A DNA stretch of 50,194 nucleotides, filler included, from Bipalium vagum (taxonomy: Eukaryota), in the NCBI GenBank assembly GCA_037834085.1. It is 2 parts of 2 records of this genome, joined end to end, with 100 filler letters (N's around TTAATTAATTAA, not from the genome) between each part and the next. Parts side by side here need not be neighbours in the genome. Positions count along the whole stretch, not along the records: positions 1 to 31,300 come from JBBMKC010254580.1; 1 more part is not named here. The stretch is one strand, 5' to 3'. Positions 1-13,120 of the stretch are shown here, in pieces. Under the pieces are notes generated by a model. The model was not told the DNA's origin. It made no database searches and saw only the letters and a list, made by a program, of their open reading frames with translations. A program made the position numbers and the translations under genes. Every line of letters begins with the position of its first letter. Positions within the stretch are counted from its first letter, which is position 1.

Positions 1-33
1 TAATAATAATAATGATAAAAATAATAAATTCAG

Positions 34-248
34 ATAACAAAAATGTCATGTCTCTCAACATCCCAGAAAATCAATCGATCGACGAATCCAGGACAAATTC
101 ATTTCTGTCCGGTGCGGTTTCAACAAATACAAAAGACCAATTATCAGATCTTGTGAATCAGAATCCCTTATTTGTTACGAATTTCTCAAATCGTGTCAAA
201 AATAATAAAAAAATACGCCAGTTTCATTTATTTAAAGGCAATAGTTAG
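34..248 (+). CDS. Candidate terminal coding exon of an unidentified gene starting upstream of the window
   Basis: An acceptor-like aattcag ends at 33, followed by an open frame (DNKNVMSLNIPENQ...LFKGNS*) that is richer in GC than its flanks. No domain recognised. Confidence 0.3.
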
Positions 249-760
249 TTTTATTTATAATGGACAATAATTATATTTTCAAATATTTTATAATTCACAT
301 TACTTTTTTATCATTTCCTGTTAAGCTTATTTTATAATTAATCAATAATTTCTTAATTAATACAACTATTTCCAATTTATTATCGATTTTGTTATGTACA
401 GTAGGATAAATAAATACAGTAAATAAATAACCAAATTTTTTGGAATTTTTATAAATTTTAAAATGAAATACGCGAACATTATGTTTATAATAAATTTTAT
501 TTTATTACGTATTAAAAATATCTATAAAAATAAACATTGCTCTGTAGTCATTCTTCTAATAAATAACTTTTTTTCAAAGAAATTTAAATTTTTATTAACG
601 AAGATATTAATTTTTAGTAATAAATTAATTTTCTTTTTAAAATAATATTTCAAAATGAATGTCTTCGTGTGTGAAGTTTTTGAACCAGTTTATTCAGTAT
701 ATTTTTCAAGTCCGACTTCTTATTGCACTACTTTTTTTATCATAAATTGTTTGTATATTA

Positions 761-1234
761 ACAGGTAACAAAAAAAGTTCTCGGAAAATTAAAATTATCT
801 TTCAATGGACTTTATTAGTGACAAGCTATGCAATCATTTCGATCGAAATCCTGGGATGTATTGGTGATGGACAATTGCAGGTTCCACCACCTCAAAGATG
901 TTATAAAGTTGCTGACAGAACGAGGTATTGCTTACATATTTCTGCCACCATACTCGCTTCAGCTACAATTCGCATATCCTTTATGAGAACCATTATAGAT
1001 CGGGACGATTGATTACCCAAGTACTCATGCATAACGATATAGATTTAAGTGATTATTTACGCAAAATGAAGCGGTTTATAGAAAAACCTTGGCGAGACAA
1101 TAATTTATTTAGTGTACATTCCCATTATATATTTCTGAATATTTTTCTATATATTTCTGCATAACCCTGTATTAGAAATTTTATTTAAAAATTATTTAAT
1201 TTTGATTTTTCCGAGAGCTTTTTTTGTTACCTAA
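761..1234. mobile_element. Mariner-type non-autonomous element (MITE-like) enclosing an IS630/Tc1-like transposase fragment
   Basis: Inverted repeats of about 35 bp: left aggtaacaaaaaaagttctcggaaaattaaaatta; right (reverse complement) aggtaacaaaaaaagctctcggaaaaatcaaaatta. TA flanks both ends. Confidence 0.75.
828..986 (+). pseudogene. IS630/Tc1-like DDE transposase fragment
   Basis: A frame missing from the ORF track reads DVLVMDNCRFHHLKDVIKLLTERGIAYIFLPPYSLQL, matching the IS630-type motifs MDNaxxH and FLPPYSPxLN. Confidence 0.8.
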
Positions 1235-4200
1235 TATATCCGGATTTTTTTGATAGGATTCATAATTGAACTCTATTTTTATGATCAATCAGTAAAGCTA
1301 ATCTTTTTCAATGCAGATTTTTCATTATGAAATGGTACAGTTTCTTGCAGAAATACTCATGATTTGTCTGCTAGTTTTTCATAATCTGATAATAATTAAC
1401 ATTTCTTGATATTGGTTAAATTCTATTCAATTCTCTCATTTACAGATATTCATGACAAAGTATCATTAAAGTTATCTCTTACATGCTTACTACGATGGTC
1501 AAGTTTGTGTTTTGTATTGTGCCAAAATCATTGAATATCAAATTGTGTCAAAATCAAGAATTATATGAATGTAGCAATTCTTAATTTGAAACCATTCATT
1601 CTATTAATATATTTTGAATTGAAAAATCATTGAAAATGTTTAATATTCCATTCTTGCACAAAAGAAAGGTTATATTTATCTTCTGATGTTCTTTGAAATA
1701 AGTTTAATAATACATCTTTTATACACCGGGATGATTTGTAATTCCTTATTTATTATTAAAAAAATTTTTTTACTTCACTTTTAACTTTGTTAGCTGACAC
1801 ATTTAAAAATAACTCTTGATATATCAAAACTACGATTGTTTCAACTCAGAAAAGTTACATCTCTCTATGACATTAAATAAAAATGTTTAAATGCTTAAAA
1901 GGTGTTTGGACAAAATTAAAATTTTGATATCCTTAATTTTATTCAATTATTTTTTTAAAAATGTAAATGATTAATATATTTGGACAGGTAAATAAATCAG
2001 AATAAAAATATGTTTTAAAACTGAAGGATCAATTATTTTATCAATTCAAAAAACGTCTATCAAAATTTAATTCAAATCGCTAATGACGTTTGGGACACCC
2101 TGTATATCTTTTTTAAGCTTTAAAAGCTTTTCCTTGAAATAGTAAGTGCTTTCCTTTCACCCTAAATAGTTAAATTTGAAAAAATCTCGATACTTCTAAA
2201 TTATGAATCTTTCCATTTAATTCATTTGTTAGTCTTAAGAATAAAAATGTAAACTCACCAAGATCTGAAATCTCTAATAGTCTACAGATATAAATATTTA
2301 TATTATCCATAAATAAAGAAAAATGTTAATTTTTATACTAAATATTTTATATTTATCAAACTTGTATTTCAAAAAAAATGAACTGATTTTTGATCAACTT
2401 CACAAAAGTATCGAAAAAATGAAAAATGTCTAATGGTTTTCATGATCAAATTAAATTTATAACATAATTTTTGTGGCATTTTAATTTTTTTTAACCTATT
2501 AAATTACGTAGAGAAATTCATATAAATGCAAATTTCGATTCTAGACTTATTTCCAAAACATTTTTTATCTTTTTAAGAATTTGATAAAATTGATAATTGA
2601 AATCTTTTACTAATTAAAATTGAACTATAATAAAAATATTTTAATTGGATGGTTAACAGCATTCACTATTTTTATATTTTTTCAAATAATTTTGTTTTCA
2701 GATGACTCTATTAATTAAGAATATTTTTTGTCTAATAATCTTTTGGATCATGTTTTTTATATCTTTAAAGAGAAATTGCCAAAAAATTCATTTGTAAATT
2801 ATTATTTCATTAATGTGGTGAAGGTTGATAAAAACATAAACTTTAAATCATTATTCTTTGTATTTTTTCTGTTTACGTTTTCTTATTATGGATTTTTATG
2901 TTTAGCTGACGTATTAATTGTTAACATTTTGTAAATTGAATTTTTCCAAACCTGGTTTGCCAAACCCGTATTTCTCGCATTGTTTTTATACGGGTCTATT
3001 GACACAGTTATAATTGTCTATTAAAATGTTTGCTTTTCATATTTTAATGATCTTATTGTATTCAGACAAGTTCAGCAAAGCTCACGAATTTTTCATAAAT
3101 TAACAAATACTTTCAGTTTTTATTCATATTTTTTTATTTTGGTTTGGTATTTTTACCTTCTAGTTGACTTCATCTATATTTTCTCGTTCTTTATAGATAT
3201 ATCGTTCTTTTAGTTTACCATGTTCAGAAATACCAAATTGTGCAGTACATTTTTATGTATAAGATATTAATCTAGAAAATTGTTATTAACACGTATAACT
3301 ATAAAAAATAATTATATCAAGGAATAATATGAAACCAAATTGGATTGTTAATAACTTATCTTTATGAACTTAAATCACAGAATACGGTTTTTTTCTTTAT
3401 AATTGGATCATAGATCAATATGGACGAGATCTATTTTTAAAAAAGTATTCTATTTTTCATTATAGTTTCATATTGTTTTGAATGATCGCTACATTTTCTC
3501 TAATTAGGATATTTGTTTTATTTAGTCTATCAGTGATAATCTTATTGAATGCACGAACAAAAATATGAAGAAAATTGTGTTTTTCTTCTATTTTCTAACC
3601 TAAATTTAGTCCCTAGGCTTATTTAGAGATGAATTATTTCTAATGGAAGTTTATCAATTTTTTTAATCTACAGGATAAAATAATCTTTTGATATGATTCA
3701 ATTTTTAAAATATTATTTTTATTTGTAGTTAAATATATATTTTAAAAATTAAATTATTTATAATTACAATTATTTTATACTTATTTTATTTTATTGATTT
3801 AACTTTTCACAACCGATATAATTATTCTTTATTCTTCATTGTTATCAATTTTAAATACTATTGTAATTTGGTGGCATCTAATAACAAAAAAAGTATTTTT
3901 TATTCAGATTTTTTAATTGGTAGAAAAAACAATTAAAATTTTAGTACTATAATTAATAATAATTCGGCTTCTTAGACTTTCAAATAAGTTAATGAAATTT
4001 TAGTTTCAGTACTCTAAAATAAAATTTTATTTATATTACTTTCATTGAATTAGAATAAAACTGAAAACTTTTTGATGAGATTAGGAGCTTTTTTCTTTTT
4101 AAAAATATATGAGATGTAGGATAAGTTATTTGTGGTTTTATTGAAATAATTTATAAAAAAATAATAATTAATTATAATAATTAAATAATATAATAACTAA

Positions 4201-4329
4201 TTGCATAACACATTTAATCGATTTATTATTTTCAATTATTTTTTTATTTATTTGTGTCGGTCATAAATATAAGTTCATACAAACATATCTTACACATTTT
4301 GGAATGCTGAAAGTTGGAGGTAAGATTTT

Positions 4330-4535
4330 TATAGAATTGGAATTTTACGTAATTCTCGTAATCTACGGGACTTTAGTGAGAACGATACAACCAGGAAGGT
4401 AATATGTGAAAACGAACTGTATATAATCTCCAAATTTCGTGGAAAAGATTTTCTGATTTGATGAAGAAGCTTTTTGAGTTTCTAAATGTGTAAACATTCG
4501 TAACTGTATGATATCTAACTCTGATAATCGAAAAA
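4330..4535 (+). mobile_element. Degenerate rosa/DD41D-like transposase fragment (first catalytic Asp region)
   Basis: Reads PNFVEKIF*FDEEAF*VSKCVNIRNCMI, resembling FLxxIxWSDEAxFxLxGxVNxxNCRIW. Cut off by the adjacent mariner. Confidence 0.5.
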
Positions 4536-4537
4536 TA

Positions 4538-5767
4538 TTAGGGGTATGCATAAGTTTCAATTTCTTAAAATTAACTTTAATTTTAAGAAAGAGTTAATAA
4601 TTATTTATTTAAACAATAAAAGTACAAAAGATCAATCAACATAAGTCCCATTATTGTTCATCACTGTTTGCTTCCTTTCAGGTAATTGGAGAATCACTGA
4701 ACGATAGTATGTTTTAGTTTTCGAAGCAAGGAAATTATCCAAAAATTATTGTATCTCGGAAACATTGTTGAGTGAAATCTGACTAAAAAGTGTTGCATTG
4801 AATGAAACAGGTGACAATCTCTAAGAGTTAGGTCTAGAGATTTATCCACGTAAAGAAGAACTCTCACCATAATTGTAAGATTGTTTCATATGTATGCTTA
4901 GTCATTTGTGGTCTGCTATTGTCATGCTGTAAAATAATCTTAAGCGACTCTTTTCTCTATTTTCTCAGTGGTATGAATTGACTGCTTGCTGTAACTTTCG
5001 GCAATAATAGTTTCGCCTCATTGAATGAGCTCATAAAGAATATGACTTTTTATATTCCACTATATGCAAAGTGGCACCTTTTGGTTGTGAATATATTCTT
5101 TTGCCTCTAAGATACCTAGTATGTCAGGGTTCCTCAACAAATGTCTGCGCTTTATTGTAAGTAATCTATCTTAGCTGTTCAGTGAAAATATTCATTAAGA
5201 AGTCTTTTTTCAGTGCCTAGAGAGAAGTCATGCACATGTTATTAACCGGTATAAAAAATTGCTTTCTCTCAGTACCTACTATTCAAACTTCTGAATTTTC
5301 TGTCTAGTGAATTTTCCGTCTGTTTAGTTACGTTAAGGCGTTTTGTTTCCGACTGGGGGGTAGTCTTCTAACTCTTCAAAGGTTCCAAGCTTTCAGATTT
5401 CAACCTTAGTGGAACACCCACTCTGGCTTAATCAGTTTCATCAAAATTTCCATCTTTGAATCTACAGAACCAAAATTTACATGTGCTGTGGGAAACTGCA
5501 TTCTCACCAAGAACAGATCATATCAATTTAAATACTTCAGCAGTATTTTTGCCTTGCTGAAACTCATATCCGATACAGTGTCTAATGTATATTTTTTCTT
5601 CACTCATTTTCAACAATATTCTTGATATTATTTACAAAAATAAAGTTAAATGAAATACATTTTATAAAATATAATATCTAAATTATCGTAATACAATTTG
5701 GTAGATTTTAGATAATTTGAATTATTTAAACAATGCCAAAAGGACTAAAATCTGAACATACACCTAA
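4538..5767 (-). mobile_element. Near full-length degenerate mariner (pseudo-ORF 5607 to 4632)
   Basis: TIRs ttaggggtatgca and ttaggtgtatgtt, each with TA. The minus strand begins MSEEKIYIRHCIGYEFQQGKNTAE...VSHSTCKFWFCRFKDGNFD and ends LPERKQTVMNNNGTYVD*. Many stops and frameshifts. Confidence 0.9.
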
Positions 5768-5769
5768 TA

Positions 5770-6115
5770 CAATTTATATATCAAAGGCATATTTATTAAT
5801 TCAGAAGAGTATTGATCCTCATTATGACAACTCTTTAATACACGTCTAATGATGTCTTGAAATTTTAAGTCAAAATCGTTTTTTATACGTTCAACATTGC
5901 TTGTTTTATTAGTTTTTTTCCGCATAACTAACCGCATTGTTCTGGTTCGACTCACGTTTCTTCTTTTTCTTTCCAATATTCCTGAAATAATATCGGATGG
6001 AACTCTCATGCCTTCCAAGTTTATTTCCTGTCCATCTGAAGGATTTATCCATATATCTGTAGGCTTTAGCCATACCTTTCACTTTTTCTGTCATCCTGTT
6101 TTTTACAAACATTTT
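5770..6115 (-). mobile_element. Tc1/Tc3-like transposase N-terminal (HTH) fragment
   Basis: MTEKVKGMAKAYRYMDKSFRWTGNKLGRHESSIRYY and IKNDFDLKFQDIIRRVLK resemble the paired-like HTH and TIRRxL motifs of Tc1/Tc3 transposases. Confidence 0.55.
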
Positions 6116-6689
6116 CTAACATGTAAAGGAAAATTTTATTTATATTTATTAAAATTTTATACATTAAATGTAATAACCTATTCATTCTCTTAAGAAATGT
6201 AGATTTCGAAGAAATACTACTTCCAATAAAACGATAAACCTCTACTGGTGTTTGACAGTTTGTAATTTCCTGAATAAGATGTCTCTTACAATCAACGAAA
6301 ACAATATCCGGCTAAATATTATAGAGTAACAAAGAGATGAACAGTTTAATAAACATGTGGTGATAGTAAAAAAAATTACAGAATATAGAAAGAATTCAGC
6401 TAAACTTTGTGGTATCTTATTTATAAAATTTTTTAAAGTATACTAAAAACTAAAAAATTCAGTAACTAAATTTAACATAATATAGAAATCTATTTTACAT
6501 AATCAATAAGACATAAATTTCATGATCACTAATATTCAATATTATTATCAAAATCAACTTAAGACCTTCAGTGAATTCCTGACATTATCGATGAAGTTCT
6601 TTTTAGTTAACATGTTCAAGTTTTCACAAAATTATTTTCTTTTTATCTAATTTATTTTTCCTTGTGAATCTGAAACTTATTGAAAATCC

Positions 6690-6690
<1 letters not shown>

Positions 6691-6766
<76 letters not shown>
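6691..6766. repeat. (TAA)n microsatellite, about 25 units
   Basis: Perfect tandem taa run. Confidence 0.98.
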
Positions 6767-7639
6767 TCTTTTGATCAAGCAATGAAAATGTGTTAATTAA
6801 TTCTGCATAACTATTTTTTATTTAAAAATTAAAGTTTCATAAAACAGTATGAAGTTTTTGTTACAAATATTAGTTACATTTTTTGACTAATGGCAAAGTT
6901 CTCATGGTAAAGATTTTAAAACTTTAAGAATGATCACATTATTGATTTCTTAAAATCTGACAAATCTCGTTTTGATTATATGGATTTATGCTGCCTACAC
7001 TATGTTTCTTTCTAGTCTGTAATTTAGCTGAGACATCATTTGATAAAGATATATTCTTGGCATATTTCTTTTATATTTGTAATTACTATGACATTATTTT
7101 TTTAGTGACATCTTATTAAAATTATAAATCTTATTATTATTTTTAAAATTTGTCTTTATATCAACTGATAATAAGTTAGAATTATTACTATTATTATTGT
7201 TTTTGTTATTTTTCTAGAAGATATTTTTCTTATTGAATTTGATTAAATACACTTTATCATCATACACAATTTTCAATTTTATAAAATGTATTTTTGTTTG
7301 TCAAATGAAATTATTAATATTACTTTGAATTATATTTCTAGATTTTAGTAAATAAATAAGATTAAAACAACATAAAAACATTAATAAATAATAGTTATCA
7401 ATATTCATCTTTTATGCATTTTTTCTAAAGCTTGTTAAATTAAAAACGGGGACTTCAATGAATATAAAGGAAGATCTAAAATTAGGCACTAAACTGGTTC
7501 AGACTGCTTAGTTCAAAAATTATGATCTATTTAGTGGACATAAGCATTTATAAAATAGCAAATTTAATTATATTTTGATTCGGCTTTAAAATATGTTTTT
7601 CATTTAAAAAATGAGAATATTCAATTAAAATTTTCAATA

Positions 7640-7950
7640 ATTGGTGCGCAAATAATCTGTTGTGCTTTTCAATAGTATAATGTCTACTTACTTTTTTCAC
7701 AAGATATCTTTTCAATTGGGGTTTAAATATTATTATAGTTTTATGTGAAAATTTGTTTCACCATTTTGTTTTTTAATTACAAAAATAAAGCATTATATTA
7801 TCTTTGAATATTATTTGAAAAGGTAAGAGTCATGGATACAAAAATATGTAATGTATAGCGTTTGTACTTCGTCAAAAAGCACACACCAAAAATGATTTGC
7901 TAAATTCAGATGCAGAGATCCCAACATGAAGTAAACGAATTAAGTAAGTT
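7640..7950 (+). mobile_element. Highly degraded 5' mariner fragment
   Basis: TIR-like ttggtgcgcaaataa, and downstream *FAKFRCRD resembling the mariner WFAKFRxGD motif. Confidence 0.4.
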
Positions 7951-8199
7951 CACCCCATATCAAAATTTGATTTATTGTTAAAATTTAAATAAATTTGATA
8001 AAATAATAAAAATTGAATCGTTTAACTGTATTATTTACTACATTACTTGTAAAAAATTTTAAAATGTATTCTAGAATAAATGAAATCCATAGAGTTCGCA
8101 TTTTTGAGCAAAACAAGGTAATTGTAGGAATTACATTTGAAAAGCAATGAAAGAAAGATACAGTGTCTCGATATCTATACTTCAAAACTTCATAATTTT

Positions 8200-8610
8200 T
8201 TAAAGTCAACTTTATTAAACAAAATAATATCCACCTGAATCAACAATTGTCGTATATTAACAAGTTATATACCAGTACGATAAAAATCTGAATTCTTAGA
8301 ATAAAAAGTTTATAATATCGAGTTTAAGGAATCATCGTAATCATAGGTTTTATTTCTTTGAAAATTAGATTAGCATGAAAAAAATAATCACAAGGGAGCA
8401 TGTCTGGGCTATACGATGGATGAAGATGAGTTTCAGTTTTTAATTCTTTTAGTGCTTCTTGACCAATTTCTGAAATTTGTGATCTTACGTTGTCATGTAA
8501 CTATAAGACAATGATACTAAAATTAACTTATCATATTTTGTAAATTTTTTAAAATTTTAATTTAAAGTACAAGTTTTTAAAAAACCGCAATTACTCTTTT
8601 GGATACTTAA
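8200..8610 (-). mobile_element. Internally deleted mariner remnant
   Basis: Minus strand shows HDNVRS, HPSYSPDMLPCDYFF and the C-terminus IVDSGGYYFV*. A TIR-like ttaagtatccaaaagagtaattgcggtttt lies at 8581-8610. Confidence 0.75.
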
Positions 8611-8808
8611 CAATTGGCTTTTGAATTATTTTATTTATTTGACTAATTTCATTTGTTTTTCTTATTTCTTACTTCTCGATTGAGTTGTCTTTAAAATATC
8701 TCTTTTATTATGTTACAATAAAGTCTCCATTTAGATATAAAAATAAAATGCAATAAATAAATCCTGAGAAATTGCAATGAAAATAAAATAAAAATTAATA
8801 ATAATATA

Positions 8809-9420
8809 CAACCGTGAGCAAAAGTCTGAATACACTCCGCATATTTTTATACTTCGATCTCTTTCCATGCTATTATAAGTTGCAAAACGAATATTTATAC
8901 ACAAATGAATTACTAGCAGAAATTAATCAAAATGAACACAAATTAAAATAAAAATATACTAGTATTTTGTATGCTTTCCTTCAACTTTGAGAATATGAGC
9001 AATTCTATGGGGTATGAACTAGATTAATTGTCGGCAATAATCTACAGTTGTCATTTAAATACATATTTCGAATATAATGCGCAAGTTTGCCGCTGACTAG
9101 GGTTTCATCAATGAAATCTTTTACTTTAGTAAGGATAAAAAACTAATGGGTTAAGCTCAGGTGACACGCAAGGTCAAGGTTGTAAAAGAATAATGTTGTT
9201 TTGTTGAAATCATTGTCTGACGCCCTTTGGATTGAAATGTTGATTTGCTGGTTGTCTGACATACGAAGCATATGGATTTTTTGCTGACAGCAGAACGATA
9301 TGCAGCTAGCGCCATTTCTTTTGAAAGATATCTATGTAAAGTATAAGATTGGATTTTCACATGAGATGGCAGCTGAGATTGTACAAATGAGGTACTAACC
9401 GTTTTGTTAAGAGTAATTAC
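8809..9420 (-). mobile_element. Deleted Tc1-like element
   Basis: TA followed by the TIR-like caaccgtgagcaaaagtctgaatacac. The minus-strand C-terminus CRQLI*FIPHRIAHILKVEGKHTKY* matches the Tc1 pattern LIxSMPxRIxxVIxAxGxxTKY. The right boundary is uncertain. Confidence 0.7.
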
Positions 9421-10428
9421 AGGCTTAATATAATATGGGTGTGTTCTGTATATCTATATATATGAAGTGTTTAAAAATATTTCTATCAATACGATTTCTT
9501 ATAATATATATTTCACGACAAAATATTCGCACAAAGATAGACTTTCTTATTTTCTAATAGTGAAATTTTGTTTTATCTGGTAATCAATTTGTAAAGGTAA
9601 ACTTTAATAAAATTTGTGAAGAATGTAAAAGAAATAGATTTTAGTTAACGACTCAAAAGCAATATTAAACTAAAGAAATTGGTTAATATTGATAATATAT
9701 GTTATCATTATTGATAATAAATAAAATTACATGTTTAACAAACATTTTATTAATTTTAATATCAAAACAATTTATAAGACTTATAAATTCCTTTAATAGT
9801 CTAATAAATCAAAGAAACAAGAAAATCAATCTTTATGGATTTTGGTACTATTAACATTCACTTGTCTGTTGACTTAAAAGCCAAAAGTAACTAAAATTCA
9901 ATATTAATAATAATTCACTATTAAGAGAAAATCCTTTTTAATTAAATATCAACAATTACAACATGAATTTAGTCTGTGGCAATAAAACTTATTTTGAAGG
10001 AAGTGTTTCACAGATGAAGAATCAAAAGCCAATATCATGTTATAGAAACAGAAATATTTAGAGTCTACAATTATGCCTTATGTATTCCCAGCCAAAATAA
10101 TGGAAGAAATTTTAATTATCTTATGAATAAATTATTTCATTCAATTATAAATTTAATTTTTTACTATTCCTATAGCGTACAATTTTAAATTTAATAATAA
10201 AATAATGAAATTTTAGAGGTAGAGGGAGTTAAAATATTTTTTTCAATTTCTGGCTTTCCAATTTATTATCAATTTTAGTTAGTTCAATTAATAAGATTTT
10301 GGTAGAAATGAGAAAATAGTGAACTCGTTGATGATAAAGCACAATAGATAATAACGCATTTCACATCTGATTTTAAAAATTATTTCTGTTATTTGTTAAA
10401 ATTAATACTTTAAAAATTATTGTTTCTA

Positions 10429-11171
10429 TTAGGTTTCTGCATATGACATCGTTTTTTAATATAATTTTTAGCTGTCAAAAATAAATGAGAAAAAGGCTTA
10501 TTAAAATAAGTTCAATCCGCATCAACACACACATACGATCTTTGTCGATTGTTAAAGGAGATTCATTTTTCATCACACACCACTATTCTGTCAAGAAAAG
10601 GATCTTTTTTTAAAATGTTCTAAGCATGATTCCAAACAATTCATTATATTTTTTCAGCCAGATCATGAGCTATCCATTTTTCCAACATCCTGACTTTACC
10701 AATCGAATGAAGATGGCGCAAAATTGTTTTAGGTGAACATAAAATGTGTTTTCAATTTCGCGTGATATTTGGCAAGGTTCTTTTTCAAATACAAAATTCT
10801 TCAAAAATTTGTTTATATGAACTGTTCCAAGTCTACCTATTGGTTCATTTTCAAGGCTTGATCTGACAGATCTGAATTTTGCAAACGAATAGAAATTGAA
10901 TCATATCAATATTTTTTATGAAGATTCGTACTTTTTATCAAAATTATTTCCAAGTAGGAATCTGCAACGAATTAATAATTCTTATTTCATCATTATTCAT
11001 TTCTTCAACAAGATTTAATATGACAGGCTAAAATTCGCATTCTACAATCAATAATATTTTTAAAAATATCATGCTAATATGTTATGTATTTATTTTATGA
11101 AAAATCTCATCCATTTCAAAAACGGCTTCTAAAATGCAATTAAAAACGAAAATTCTTATGTACCAATTTAA
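10429..11171 (-). mobile_element. Internally deleted mariner
   Basis: Degenerate TIRs (ttaggtttctgcatatga and ttaaattggtacataaga). Motifs FAKFRSVRSSLENEPIGR, LHSIGKVRMLEKWIAHDL and FLDRIVVCDEK; the 3' half is missing. Confidence 0.85.
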
Positions 11172-11184
11172 TATTCTAAGACTA

Positions 11185-13120
11185 TTAGGTTGTCACATGA
11201 AATTTCCGTATTTTAGTTATCTTTTTTAGTGTTTTGTTTTTGAAAAAAATAGAATATAATAAAAGTTTTGATATATTAAATGTAAGACTTAAAATTTCTC
11301 TATAATACAATTATAACTGTTTATACTTTTTAGATTTTGTGATTTTCAAGAGCTAAAGTTAAGTAATGGTTAACTATGAATTTCGCGTCATTAATCTTCA
11401 AGTGAAAAAAGATGGTCATAATGCAACAGAGCACCACGAATTATCATAAAACCAATCGGAAGAGGTTCAGTTTCGGAAGGTACAACTTGTTACTGGTTCA
11501 AAAAAGTTCTGAAGGTGATATGAGTCTTGGAAATCATGATCGTGGTATACTAGAGTCTAAGATGTATGAGGATCAATTAAAGAAATTAATCAAATACGAG
11601 AATAATAAGTAGACAAGTTGCAGAAATGTTAAGCGTGAACGTAGCAAATGTTTCACATATCTGAAAACAATTTTAAAAAATGAACAAAATTGCTGCCTCA
11701 TGAACCTAATGAAATTCAAAAATTTCAGAGATATCAAATTTGTTTTTTAAAGGATTTATATGATAGTCGTAAAGGATCTGTGAAATGATTAAACAAAGAT
11801 GAATCATCGAAACAAGTACTAAAACCAAGTTTGCATCCAAAAAAGACAATGAATACAGTCTGGTGGTGCATCACAGGTTTAATTTATTATATAGTCAACG
11901 TCAAATTAATTAGCCACTTTATATTTAACTTTAAAAAATATGATAAATGATTCCTTAATGCTAAGGCGCCAAGATTTATAAAACTAATGTGAACTTAATT
12001 ATCATATATCGTATAAATATAATTTAAGTATTGCGTTGTTTATATGAATTAGTATACTTAATTAGTTTATACAACTTTTCAAATTAAAAATTTTGGTATT
12101 ACAACAGGACAATGCAAGTCCACACAAGTCAAAGTTGACAACAAAAATTTTGAAAGATATGAATATTCAAGTTTTAGAATGGCCTTCCCGGAGTCCTGAC
12201 ATGAGTTTAATAGAGTATATATTCAAGTCTCTTAAAGATTTGGTTTATGGAACAGAAGATTTCAAAACAAAGAATGAGTTATGGCTTGAAATTCAAAAAA
12301 ATGTTGCTTATATAAATGACAGGAAAAGTGACATGATTAAAGACTTGTATAATGGAATTTCGGATAGATTTATGAATGTTGTATTTCATCAAGGCAATAA
12401 TTAAATATATTTTTAATATTATTCATTTGTGTTAGTTTTTATATATTTATTTAACTAAAACATATTTGTCCAATAAATTTAACCAAAAATTTTAAACAAT
12501 ATTTTATGTAATTATTACATACAAGATAATATCACATATATGATTATTTTATTTGAGTATTAAATGTTTTAGTACAGTACAATGAAAACATACGATTACA
12601 ATTTACCAATTATTTTTGACATGGTTCGTCATTTTAATAATAAAAACGTCAAATTATAAAGTGTCCAATTAATTTGACGTTGACTATAGCTTCCTTAAAA
12701 GTGGTGAAACAATTAGAGTTGATATATATTGTAATGAAAAAGACAACATGTATGAAAGACTTACTCAAAAGATACCAGGACTTTTGAACAAAAATGGTTA
12801 AATTTTATTGCACGACAATTTCAGACCCCATACCACAAGAATAACATTGTAAATATTAAATCAGTTGCAATATGAACTCCTATCGTATCCACTTTATTCT
12901 CCGGACTTTTTCAAATACCTGGAATTATTTATCCGCCAAAAGAACTTAATTAAACAAGCATGCTTGAAAGGACTTCGATGTTTCATGGAATCCGGAGACG
13001 CATTGAGAACGTTTTATTGATTGAAATGGTGTATATTATGATTAAATAAATAAATTTTTTGACAGTTATTGCTTTTTGAAAATCAATATAAAACCGTCAA
13101 TTTCATGTGTAACAGCCTAA
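11185..13120 (+). mobile_element. Degenerate mariner interrupted by a nested Tc1-like element
   Basis: TIRs ttaggttgtcacatgaaatt and ttaggctgttacacatgaaatt, each with TA. Motifs CYWFKK, LPHEPNE and LHPKKTMNTVWWCITGLIYY|SFLKSGETI...ILLHDNFRPH, then YPLYSPD. Confidence 0.92.
11892..12686 (+). mobile_element. Non-autonomous Tc1-like (DD34E) element nested in the mariner
   Basis: 32-bp TIR tagtcaacgtcaaattaatt(agc/gga)cactttata, with TA duplications at 11890-91 and 12687-88. ORF 12093-12404 reads QQDNASPH...WPSRSPDMSLIE, with 34 residues between D and E. Confidence 0.95.

Noticed and set aside
463-645. Short F/L/I/K/N-rich ORFs (also 2728, 15847, 20087, 31644, 46159)
   Set aside because: Low-complexity products of AT-rich DNA, with no motifs or splice support.
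2085-2104. Tc1/maT-like terminus tgggacaccctg+ta
   Set aside because: No matching partner TIR or coding remnant, so no element could be delimited.
6691-6766. Telomeric repeat
   Set aside because: A simple TAA microsatellite, internal and recurring elsewhere in the window.
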